Below are positions 9,644 to 17,857 of a stretch of 64,000 nucleotides of DNA, one piece after another (the stretch's first letter is position 1; the number at the start of each line of letters is the position of its first letter). The stretch spans positions 121,597 through 185,596 of the forward strand of contig JBAQNM010000005.1 of assembly GCA_049303795.1 (NCBI GenBank). Direction: 5' to 3'. The translations under genes were made by a program, and so were the position numbers. This DNA comes from Candidatus Moraniibacteriota bacterium. Its GTDB lineage: Bacteria; Patescibacteriota; Minisyncoccia; Moranbacterales; UBA2206. The notes beneath the pieces are model-generated. The model searched no databases. It worked only from the letters and a program-made list of their open reading frames with translations, and was not told the DNA's origin.

Positions 9644-11124
9644 GTATTTCCTTTATTTTTTACTTTTCTTGCAAAATAAACCACACCTATCATTAGTATA
9701 TACCAAATAACAACCCCTACCCAACCGATCTTCACGTTTAGTGATGTATATTTCATCTGCGCAAACTTTCCTATCATCAAAACTTCGTAGTGCAATGGCA
9801 AATAAACCAGCCAGGAAAATATTATGGCTAGTGGCTTAAAAATAAAACTTGCCACAATAGTCAAAAATCCTAAAAGCATCGTAAGTGGTAGGATTGGCAA
9901 GATTAGCACGTTCGCCAAAGGCGAAATGATTGCAAGTTTTTGAAAATTAAATAAAATAATCGGCAAAACAAAAACCTGCGCGCTGAGTGACATAAAAAGA
10001 ATTTCGATAATAAAAGAAATCGGCGCAGGATACTTTTTTATTTTTTCGCCAAAATACTTATCCAGTAGCGGATAAAAATATACAATCCCAATCGTTGCCA
10101 AAAAGGACAGCTGAAAACCAACGTCATAACGAAGTAGCATTGGATTCCAAGCCAGCATCACGGCAGCGGAAAAAAGAATAGCGTTTTGCGCATTGGCCAA
10201 CCGTCCGTTTTTCATCGCATAAAGAAGCAGTGTGCCCATCACGCCTGCGCGAATTGCCGAAGCGGGAAAACCGGTCATTAAAATAAAAATCCAAACTCCC
10301 AAAAGAGCAAACCAAAAAGCTTGCTGACGCCACAAGCCAAAAAATATTCCAATTAGCATTAAATATTGCGCCACAATTGTAATATTATAACCGGACACTG
10401 CCACGATATGCGTCATGCCTGTACGCGAAAAATTATCTTGAATTTTTTTCGATAGCTTGTCATCACCACCAATAATCAAACCCTCCAACAGTCCCGATTC
10501 AGGCGAAGGAATGAGCGCAGAAATATTAGCACTAAATTTATTTTTTAATTTAATTATTGAGGCATAGAAAAAATTGCCCTGATTTTTTCCTGTTTTTTCA
10601 ATTTTTGGTTTTTGACAAAGATAAAAAATATCCTCCCGCGCTAAATAGGCCTGATAATCAAAGTCACTATCCTCTCTATTTTTTGGCGTCTCAAGCTTGC
10701 AAGCTAATTGCAACTCTTCGCCATAAGTATAATTTTGATAAATACTTTCTTGGATCAAAATATTATAATTTTTATTTTCCGGTGCAAAAATAATTTCTTG
10801 GCGAGTTTCTTTTATTTTTGGTTCGACCAAAATAACCCCCCTTCCTGAAAAATCAATTTCTTGCGGTGAATTTTTGAAAGAATTTATTTTATCAATCTTT
10901 TTCTGAGTGAGCCAAAAACCGAAAATAAAGATTAGAATGCAAAAGGTCGCAAGCATCACTAACTTATTTTTATAAAAAATAAAAAAAAGAATTAGTGCCA
11001 AAAGAAAAATAAAATACAAAAACAAACTTCCAAAAACAGACGGATAAAAAAATGAGGCGATAAAAATTCCCAAAATAAAACTTAGGGAAAATAATAAAAA
11101 TATTTTTGCTTTATTCACCTTCAT
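9640..11124 (-). CDS. comEC: ComEC/Rec2 DNA internalisation channel, membrane competence domain
   Basis: Polytopic membrane protein with SRTGMTHIVAVSGYNITIV, matching the ComEC competence-domain signature (sGlsHllaiSGlH). Confidence 0.75.
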   Translation of the reverse strand: MKVNKAKIFLLFSLSFILGIFIASFFYPSVFGSLFLYFIFLLALILFFIFYKNKLVMLATFCILIFIFGFWLTQKKIDKINSFKNSPQEIDFSGRGVILVEPKIKETRQEIIFAPENKNYNILIQESIYQNYTYGEELQLACKLETPKNREDSDFDYQAYLAREDIFYLCQKPKIEKTGKNQGNFFYASIIKLKNKFSANISALIPSPESGLLEGLIIGGDDKLSKKIQDNFSRTGMTHIVAVSGYNITIVAQYLMLIGIFFGLWRQQAFWFALLGVWIFILMTGFPASAIRAGVMGTLLLYAMKNGRLANAQNAILFSAAVMLAWNPMLLRYDVGFQLSFLATIGIVYFYPLLDKYFGEKIKKYPAPISFIIEILFMSLSAQVFVLPIILFNFQKLAIISPLANVLILPILPLTMLLGFLTIVASFIFKPLAIIFSWLVYLPLHYEVLMIGKFAQMKYTSLNVKIGWVGVVIWYILMIGVVYFARKVKNKGNT

Positions 11125-11342
11125 AAATCAATATCCACCATTTTCCTTTGCGTGCTTTTACCGCCAACGATCGAAATCTCGCTTTTAGCAACACCAAAAT
11201 ACTCCGCCAGTAATTTAACCAGCGCCTCATTAGCTTTGCCATCAACCGGTGGCGCGGTTAATTTCACTTTATATTCCCCTTCACTAATTTTTTCGACACT
11301 GTTTTTCGAAGCTCTGGGAATAACTTTAATGTAAACTCTCAT
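11121..11342 (-). CDS. DUF167/YggU family protein
   Basis: 73-aa ORF MRVYIKVIPRASKN...VDGKANEALVKLLAEYFGV matches the UPF0235 (YggU) family. Confidence 0.7.
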   Translation of the reverse strand: MRVYIKVIPRASKNSVEKISEGEYKVKLTAPPVDGKANEALVKLLAEYFGVAKSEISIVGGKSTQRKMVDIDL

Positions 11343-12180
11343 TAGTTTTTAAGAAAAAAATATTTTTCAATTTTAAAAGAAGACTCGCCAGCATCAGCCC
11401 CAGAAGAAGAATATTCATTCCGATAAAAATTTCTCGTACGATGCCAGCCTTAAGATCCGTTCCAAGATAATAAGCGTGAAAAAACGCAACGCCATAAAGT
11501 GCGATGTTCAAAAAATGCGTAACACGCCAAACGCGGTAAGATATGTGCTTGCGAAAATAAGAAGTAAGGATAATCGCAATCATCGAATACATTCCCAGCA
11601 CGCCCAATGTTATCATTTCCGGATTATAAGTGGAAGCGAATGGCACAAGAACATCTTTGAGGCTGAAATCAAGATATTCATCCGTCAAAAGAACCAGTCC
11701 GTGAATGAGGACAAAAATCAATGCCTGAACAGAAATCCAACCATGAAAATTAAGCGAATCAATTGGTTTGAAAATCTTTTTTAAACCCGGAAAGCGAATA
11801 GCAATCCCGAAAAAAATCGCAAGATACAAAAGCAGAAAAGCGATAAGCCCTCCAGCTCTTGTAAGATACCAGGACCATTTTTCCGGCTCATCTTCGAAAT
11901 ATTCCCGCACGGTTATATTTTGCACAGCGCTTGGATTAATACTATCAAGAGGATTAGTATTGCCAAGCACCTCCACCCCATCCAAAAAACCATCGCTATC
12001 TGTGTCGGGCAGGTTGGGATCAGTTTTATAAATTTGCTTTTCTCCTTCGTCAGTCAGGCCGTCTAGGTCATTATCAAGCACCAGATTGTTTCCGTAATCC
12101 ACTTTCTGCTCCTCTGCTAAAACCAAACTGAAATGTGATCCCAAAAAGATTAGCGTAATAATAAAAAGTATTTTTTTCAT
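11326..12180 (-). CDS. exported Ca-binding (TSP3-like) domain fused to a ferric-reductase-like bis-heme transmembrane domain
   Basis: Signal peptide, DxDxDG-type Asp-rich repeats (DLDGLTDEGE, DTDSDGFLDG), then six predicted TM helices. His pairs are spaced 14 and 13 residues apart within helices (HGWISVQALIFVLIHG and HFLNIALYGVAFFHA), as in NOX/FRE/MsrQ heme b ligands. Confidence 0.55.
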   Translation of the reverse strand: MKKILFIITLIFLGSHFSLVLAEEQKVDYGNNLVLDNDLDGLTDEGEKQIYKTDPNLPDTDSDGFLDGVEVLGNTNPLDSINPSAVQNITVREYFEDEPEKWSWYLTRAGGLIAFLLLYLAIFFGIAIRFPGLKKIFKPIDSLNFHGWISVQALIFVLIHGLVLLTDEYLDFSLKDVLVPFASTYNPEMITLGVLGMYSMIAIILTSYFRKHISYRVWRVTHFLNIALYGVAFFHAYYLGTDLKAGIVREIFIGMNILLLGLMLASLLLKLKNIFFLKTNESLH

Positions 12181-12184
12181 ATTT

Positions 12185-13111
12185 TTAATAAATATTATTT
12201 TTCATTCCCTCGGAAATCACAGCATTCCCTCGATAATCTAAAAAAATGCTCTTGACTTTATTTTCATTAGAAAATTTCATACCTGCCTCCTTGCCTTTAA
12301 GAAACAGCATCTTAGCCCAAAAATCCGCTTCAGTGACAGTCTCAGCGACAACAGTAACAGATTGCAAGGCAAAGGAAAAATTTTCTGGATTTTTCGGATC
12401 AATCAAATGATGGAACTTTTTTTCACCACTTTCCCATTTACGCTTTCCAATACCCGAAGTCGCGACCGCTTCATTTTTTAAGCTGATAAGCATCCTATCC
12501 TCTATAATTCCCTCGACATCAATCTTCCAGGTTTCTTCTTTTTGATCTTTTCCGAAAGCAAACATGTCCCCACCGGAATCAATAAGAAAATTTTCAAATC
12601 CAGCTTGCCGTAGCATTTCCACTGCCCTATCTGTGATATAGCCCTTAGCAATTCCCGCAAAATCCATCCGCTGATTGAAACAAATTTCTTCGCCTCGAAT
12701 TATTAAATCTTTTTCCAAATCACTCACGCTAATTTTGGGAAAAGATTTTCCACTCGAAGCTACAAACCTATTTTGTTTAAAATCTTTCTCATATCCAATC
12801 CGTTCTAGAACTTCAATAATTCTTGGATCAAACAGCCCCTCACTTAATTTATAATAATATAAAATTTCTTTCGCTAAAGATAAAAAATGCGTCGATGGTT
12901 TTAAAAATTTTCCTAAATTATCATTAAACTGATTCAATTCACTATCCCGATCAAAACGACTGAACCTTTTCTCAAATACAACATAAAAATTTTTAAGTGT
13001 CTCTGAATCTTTTTCGGCTTTATCTTTTAAACTTTCCGCGCAAACTATCTGAAAATAAATATCTGTCCCAAGCGCTTTAAATTCTTTTTCCACTGACGCC
13101 TTTTTTCCCAT
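12185..13111 (-). CDS. apbE: FAD:protein FMN transferase (ApbE family)
   Basis: DFAGIAKGYITDRAVEMLRQAGF...IDSGGDM matches the ApbE signature. Start chosen at MGKKAS (13111), which removes the overlap with the upstream ORF. No obvious signal peptide. Confidence 0.75.
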   Translation of the reverse strand: MGKKASVEKEFKALGTDIYFQIVCAESLKDKAEKDSETLKNFYVVFEKRFSRFDRDSELNQFNDNLGKFLKPSTHFLSLAKEILYYYKLSEGLFDPRIIEVLERIGYEKDFKQNRFVASSGKSFPKISVSDLEKDLIIRGEEICFNQRMDFAGIAKGYITDRAVEMLRQAGFENFLIDSGGDMFAFGKDQKEETWKIDVEGIIEDRMLISLKNEAVATSGIGKRKWESGEKKFHHLIDPKNPENFSFALQSVTVVAETVTEADFWAKMLFLKGKEAGMKFSNENKVKSIFLDYRGNAVISEGMKNNIY

Positions 13112-13112
13112 C

Positions 13113-13439
13113 TTATTTCTTCTCAAATTTATCAACAATACCATTCTTATCATCATCCACGACAATATATATTTCCGGAATAGTAGGATGCGGATCTTTT
13201 TGATCTAAAAGGCCATCGCCATCACTATCTTTTTCAATGATTGTTTTTGTACTAACATCAGTTGTAACTTTTGTTTCAGTCTTTGCTGAGCTACTACTTG
13301 AACCGTCACGATCTTCTGAAGAATACTCTTCTTCGTCATCCTCATCCTCGTCATCATCGGCCACAGCAAAATTTAATGAAACCGCAAGACTAAATACTAG
13401 AAGTATGACTAATAAAAAAGCTTTGAATTTTTTTCTCAT
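13113..13439 (-). CDS. small secreted acidic protein with TSP3-like calcium-binding motif
   Basis: Signal peptide, DDDEDEDDEEE run, Ser run, and DSDGDGLLDQKD motif. Confidence 0.4.
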   Translation of the reverse strand: MRKKFKAFLLVILLVFSLAVSLNFAVADDDEDEDDEEEYSSEDRDGSSSSSAKTETKVTTDVSTKTIIEKDSDGDGLLDQKDPHPTIPEIYIVVDDDKNGIVDKFEKK

Positions 13440-13450
13440 AATTATTTAAT

Positions 13451-13768
13451 TTATGATTTTTTTGTCGTACGACTACTCTTACTTGTCGATGAGCTAGGTT
13501 TGGTCACTGCAGTATTAGTTGTAGTTGTAATCTGTTGAGTCTTCAAGGTTTGCGGAGTACTACTCAATTCGCGCAATTTACTTTCCCGATCAGCAGAAAT
13601 AATACTCTGCGCGCTTAACATATTTGAATCAATTGGACTAATCGTTGAATCCGTTTCAGTTTTAATCGCAACGTCTTTCTGATCCTGATTTTTAATTATT
13701 AAAACAGCAATAACCATTAAAAGTATATTGATCACAAAAACTAGAATTTTATTAAGATGTTTTTGCAT
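13451..13768 (-). CDS. small membrane-anchored Ser/Thr-rich protein, hypothetical
   Basis: 105-aa ORF with an N-terminal TM helix followed by a low-complexity S/T-rich tail. Confidence 0.35.
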   Translation of the reverse strand: MQKHLNKILVFVINILLMVIAVLIIKNQDQKDVAIKTETDSTISPIDSNMLSAQSIISADRESKLRELSSTPQTLKTQQITTTTNTAVTKPSSSTSKSSRTTKKS

Positions 13769-13836
13769 AAATAAATTTTGTGAACCTAAGTGAACCCCTC
13801 AAAAGATTATAACAGAAATTAAGTGTAAAGACAAAA

Positions 13837-14541
13837 CTAGCGTCTAATTCCCATCTTCCCAAAATTTGTCTCAATTTGGCCTTTTATTTTTTCCAAATCA
13901 ATCTTTTTTCCTTTCGTCTTCTTTTTTAAATTATTATCAAGAATGACAGCTTCGCGATATTCCTGCAAATAATATGCATCTGCGCCATTAAGCCATTTGG
14001 CAATTTCCAAAAAATCAAGTTCTTCATGCAAGCCAGGAACGACAGTTGTGCGAAATTCATAAGCCACGCGACTATTGCGAATTAAATCAACGCTTAGTTT
14101 AATACGCTCTATGTCAACTTTTATGCCAACTGTTTCACTGTATTTGTTTAATTGATTTTTAATGTCCATCGCTACAAAGTCCAAAAGCTTCAAATCCAGT
14201 AATTTTTTAAGCACATCCGGTCTCGCACCATTTGTATCCAGCTTAACCAAAAATCCCAAAGCTTTAATTTTTTTGATAAATTCAATTAAGTCCGGTTGCA
14301 GAGTTGGCTCGCCTCCTGTGATACAAACTCCCTCGAGTTTGCCTTTGCGTTTTTTTAGAAATTCGAAAAAATCTTTTTCAGTTTTATCAGCCATTCCGGA
14401 TAAAATCTTTCCACCACCCAAAACTAACTCGGGATTATGACAAAATGGACAGCGAAAATTACAACCAGCTGTAAAAACTGTTGTCGCTATATAGCCCGGA
14501 AAATCGATTAGAGTTAGTCTTTGTTGACCAGAGATAATCAT
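13837..14541 (-). CDS. nrdG: anaerobic ribonucleoside-triphosphate reductase activating protein (radical SAM)
   Basis: N-terminal CNFRCPFCHN (CxxxCxxC) radical-SAM cluster motif typical of NrdG, immediately downstream of nrdD. Confidence 0.85.
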   Translation of the reverse strand: MIISGQQRLTLIDFPGYIATTVFTAGCNFRCPFCHNPELVLGGGKILSGMADKTEKDFFEFLKKRKGKLEGVCITGGEPTLQPDLIEFIKKIKALGFLVKLDTNGARPDVLKKLLDLKLLDFVAMDIKNQLNKYSETVGIKVDIERIKLSVDLIRNSRVAYEFRTTVVPGLHEELDFLEIAKWLNGADAYYLQEYREAVILDNNLKKKTKGKKIDLEKIKGQIETNFGKMGIRR

Positions 14542-14606
14542 AAACTTTTAAAATAAGCCATCCTAACTTTTTGGAAAAGTAGGATGGCTTACTATCTTTT
14601 TTTAAT

Positions 14607-14867
14607 TTAACAACAAGCTGGACTTTCTACCTGAAATTCTTTTCTGTCAGCATATTCTGCTTGCTTTCCATTATTCCATTGCGCTACCGGCCTAATATAA
14701 CCAACGACGCGCGAATAGACTTCTGTTTTTTGAAAATTTCGTAAAACCGAATCCGCTTCGTGACAGCTTTTGCATTTATGATACTCGTTTTCGCCAACCT
14801 TATAAGCCACAAACTCTTCGTTCTCTTGAAGCTCGCGAGAACAATCATGACAAATATATTTTTCCAT
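14607..14867 (-). CDS. free-standing zinc-ribbon plus glycyl-radical domain protein, paralogue of the NrdD C-terminus (putative NrdD spare-part / autonomous glycyl radical cofactor)
   Basis: 86-aa ORF with CHDC...CKSC zinc ribbon and C-terminal KTEVYSRVVGYIRPVAQWNNGKQAEYADRKEFQV. The last 32 residues of nrdD in this window read KTEVYSRVVGYIRPVEQWNNGKKAEFCDRKEFKV. Many synonymous nucleotide differences indicate an old, selected duplicate. Confidence 0.6.
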   Translation of the reverse strand: MEKYICHDCSRELQENEEFVAYKVGENEYHKCKSCHEADSVLRNFQKTEVYSRVVGYIRPVAQWNNGKQAEYADRKEFQVESPACC

Positions 14868-14945
14868 ATTTTTTTATTTTGCAAGATGTAATAATTATTG
14901 CATAAAGCAAAATGCTTTTAATTTTTTATTTTATTTTAAATTTTA

Positions 14946-17168
14946 TTATTTTTTCACCTTGAATTCCTTGCGATCACAAAACTCAGCCTTCTTGCCATTA
15001 TTCCATTGTTCTACTGGTCTGATATAGCCCACTACGCGTGAGTAGACTTCCGTTTTTTGCTCCATCACACACTTCGGACAAAACAGATGTTCTCCTTCCA
15101 AATAACCGTGTACCGGACAAATACTGAAAGTTGGCGTAAGTGTGAAATAGGGCAAGGAATAATTTTCTGCAATCTTGCGCACTAGTTTTTTAGTTGTTTC
15201 AATATCCCAAATTCGCTCACCCAAAAATCCATGTAGCACTGTTCCTCCGGTATACTTCGTTTGCAAACCGTCCTGCAATTCCAATGCTTCAAAAATATCC
15301 TCCGTAAATTGTACCGGCAGTTGTGAAGAATTAGTGTAGTATGGCTCAGAATTTTCATTTTTCACTTTTTCGTTATTGGCAAAAATAATTTCCGGATATT
15401 TTTTCTGATCAATTCGCGCCAAACGATAGGAAGTGCCTTCTGCTGGAGTTGCTTCCAAGTTATACAAATTACCGGTTTCTTTTTGATAACCAATAATTCT
15501 TTCTCGCATATGCACCAAGATTTCTTCAGCTAATTTTTGTCCCGCAGGTGTTGTGATATCTTTTCCAATTAGATTAAGCAACGCCTCATTCATTCCGACA
15601 AGACCAATAGTTGAAAAGTGATTAGCCCAATATTGTCCACGACGCAATTTAATTGGTGCTAAATAAAATTTGGTGTAAGGATAGAGTCCACCATCAGTCA
15701 ATTTTTCCACCATCGTTCGTTTCGTCTCCAAACTTTCCTTCGCGAGATCCATCAGATGATTTAGATCCTTAAGAAATTCTTTCTTGTTTTTTGCTGTATG
15801 TCCCAAGCGAGGCAAGTTGATTGTTACCACGCCAACTGAGCCAGTCAAAGGATTAGCACCAAACAAACCTCCTCCGCGCTTATGCAGTTCTCGATTATCC
15901 AAACGCAAACGACAACACATACTGCGCGCATCATCCGGATCCATATCAGAATTAACAAAATTAGCAAAATAAGGAATACCATATTTAGCAGTCATTTCCC
16001 AAATTGCATCAAAGCGCTTATCCTTCCAATCAAAATCCTTGCTAATATTGTAGGTTGGGATTGGGAAAGTGAAAATTCGTCCATTAGCATCACCCTCTGT
16101 CATCACTTCAGCAAAGGCCCGATTGATCATATTCATTTCATCTTGAAACTGTCCATATTTTTCAATTTGTGGCAAGCCACCAAAAATCACAGCCTCATCA
16201 GCTAAATTTTTCGGACAAGTAATATCCATTGTGATATTGGAAAAAGGAGTTTGGAATCCAACACGTGTGGAAACATTCATATTGAAAACGTAAGACTGAA
16301 TTTCTTGCTTCACCTCTTCATAGGTCAATTTATCATAACGCACAAACGGAGCGAGCAATGTATCGAAATTAGAAAAAGCTTGCGCGCCGGCTACTTCACC
16401 TTGAGTAGTGTAGGTGAAATTTACCATTTGCCCTAAAATTGATCCGAGATGTTTCGCCGGTTTACAAGCAACCTTACCTGGAACGCCAGTGAATCCTCTT
16501 CGCAGAAGATCTTGAAGATCCCATCCACAACAATACGCTGCCAAAAGTTGCAAATCATGAATATGAAAATCTCCACCTTCATGCGCTTCACGAATCTCTT
16601 TAGTATAGACACGATTCATCCAATACTTAGAACTAACGATTGAGGAAATATAATTATTCAAACCTTGCAAGGAATATGCCATATTAGCATTCTCTTTCAC
16701 CTTCCAGTCAATTTCTTGAATATATTTATCCACTAAATTTACTGCTTCATCTAATGATTGTTCTGCTTCACGATTTTTTCTGTGTTGCTCGCGATAAAGG
16801 ATATAGGCCTTGGCTGTTTCTTCAAAATCCAAAATCATCAAAACCCTTTCCACTAAATCTTGAATTTCTTCAATCTCTGGGACATAACCTTCCTTGTGCT
16901 TTCGGCCTAATAATTTAATTACTTTTTCAGTAACTTTTTTCGCCTCATCAACTCCGCCTTCTTTAGTTGAAGACAATGCCTTGGCAATCCCTCGCGTGAT
17001 TTTATTTTGATCAAAATTTGCCAACTTTCCATCTCGCTTGATGACTTTTTTAATTTTAATTCCTTCTTTTGAGCTAGCAATGTTTTTCTTGCTGACCACT
17101 TTTAAAGCTACTGCCTTTTTCGGTGCTACCACCTTTTTTCCCCCAATGTTTTTCTTTTTTGTTTTCAT
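14946..17168 (-). CDS. nrdD: anaerobic ribonucleoside-triphosphate reductase (class III RNR) with N-terminal ATP-cone
   Basis: 740 aa with ATP-cone (VIKRDGKLANFDQNKI), large glycyl-radical enzyme barrel, C-terminal Zn site and RVVGY glycyl radical motif. Flanked by nrdR and nrdG. Confidence 0.9.
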   Translation of the reverse strand: MKTKKKNIGGKKVVAPKKAVALKVVSKKNIASSKEGIKIKKVIKRDGKLANFDQNKITRGIAKALSSTKEGGVDEAKKVTEKVIKLLGRKHKEGYVPEIEEIQDLVERVLMILDFEETAKAYILYREQHRKNREAEQSLDEAVNLVDKYIQEIDWKVKENANMAYSLQGLNNYISSIVSSKYWMNRVYTKEIREAHEGGDFHIHDLQLLAAYCCGWDLQDLLRRGFTGVPGKVACKPAKHLGSILGQMVNFTYTTQGEVAGAQAFSNFDTLLAPFVRYDKLTYEEVKQEIQSYVFNMNVSTRVGFQTPFSNITMDITCPKNLADEAVIFGGLPQIEKYGQFQDEMNMINRAFAEVMTEGDANGRIFTFPIPTYNISKDFDWKDKRFDAIWEMTAKYGIPYFANFVNSDMDPDDARSMCCRLRLDNRELHKRGGGLFGANPLTGSVGVVTINLPRLGHTAKNKKEFLKDLNHLMDLAKESLETKRTMVEKLTDGGLYPYTKFYLAPIKLRRGQYWANHFSTIGLVGMNEALLNLIGKDITTPAGQKLAEEILVHMRERIIGYQKETGNLYNLEATPAEGTSYRLARIDQKKYPEIIFANNEKVKNENSEPYYTNSSQLPVQFTEDIFEALELQDGLQTKYTGGTVLHGFLGERIWDIETTKKLVRKIAENYSLPYFTLTPTFSICPVHGYLEGEHLFCPKCVMEQKTEVYSRVVGYIRPVEQWNNGKKAEFCDRKEFKVKK

Positions 17169-17209
17169 ACCGTTTTGTATTTATATATAAAAATTTATTA
17201 AAAACTATT

Positions 17210-17659
17210 TTATTTATCGAACGTGTCCAACTCTTTTTTGAAACTTTCGATACTGCCAAATGACTTATAGACACTAGCAAATCTTACATAGGCCACTTCA
17301 TCCAATTCGCGTAGTTTCTTAAGAATGATTTTTCCAATATCTCTTGAAGTTATTTCTGGTTTTTCTTTTGTTCGAATTTCATATTCAATCTCCCCAATAA
17401 ACTGCGCGATTTTTTCTTCCGTTACCGGTCTTTTTTCCAAGGCCTTGCGCACACCTGTTTCAATTTTGGATTTATCATAATCGACCTTTATCCCGCTTTT
17501 CTTGATCACACTAAGGCGCAAGAGCTCTATTTCTTCATAGGTGCTAAAACGTGAGATGCATTTAAGACATTCACGACGCCTTCTGGTGATTTTCCCTTCG
17601 TTGGTTTCTCGCGAATCAACGACTTTAGTTTCGGGATTACTACAAAATGGACAATTCAT
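17210..17659 (-). CDS. nrdR: transcriptional repressor NrdR (zinc ribbon plus ATP-cone)
   Basis: MNCPFCSNPETKVVDSRE...RRRECLKC zinc ribbon and ATP-cone, 149 aa. Confidence 0.9.
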   Translation of the reverse strand: MNCPFCSNPETKVVDSRETNEGKITRRRRECLKCISRFSTYEEIELLRLSVIKKSGIKVDYDKSKIETGVRKALEKRPVTEEKIAQFIGEIEYEIRTKEKPEITSRDIGKIILKKLRELDEVAYVRFASVYKSFGSIESFKKELDTFDK

Positions 17660-17687
17660 AATATTTTAGTTTTTATACTACATATAG

Positions 17688-17739
17688 TGTAGCTAATTAG
17701 AATTATACCACAAGCAAAATTATTGGCAAGTAGCTCATT
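17688..17739 (-). promoter_or_regulatory. candidate nrdR-nrdD promoter (TTGCCA - 16 nt - TATAAT, minus strand) with adjacent palindromic NrdR-box-like operator
   Basis: The minus strand reads TTGCCAataattttgcttgtggTATAATtctaattagCTACACTATATGTAGtataaa. The palindrome CTACAnnnnnTGTAG sits just downstream of the -10, about 30 nt upstream of the nrdR ATG. Confidence 0.4.
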
Positions 17740-17787
17740 CTAAGCCAAAATTTGAACTTATCCACAGACACTAATTTCTTTTTTCAA

Positions 17788-17822
17788 CTAAAAAAACTTC
17801 TCAAATAAATTGAGAAGTTTTT
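17788..17822 (-). terminator. rho-independent terminator downstream of the dsbA-like gene
   Basis: AACTTCTCAAataaaTTGAGAAGTT: 10-bp perfect stem. On the minus strand it is followed by a 7-T run, and on the plus strand by TTTTT. Confidence 0.55.
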
Positions 17823-17857
17823 AATAATAATCTTATAAAAAATATAGCGCTGCTAAA

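Noticed and set aside
14684-14884. A 66-aa ORF overlapping the NrdD-tail mini-gene in another frame.
   Set aside because: It is an out-of-frame shadow of the 14607..14867 ORF. The latter has strong protein-level homology to the NrdD C-terminus, while this frame has none.
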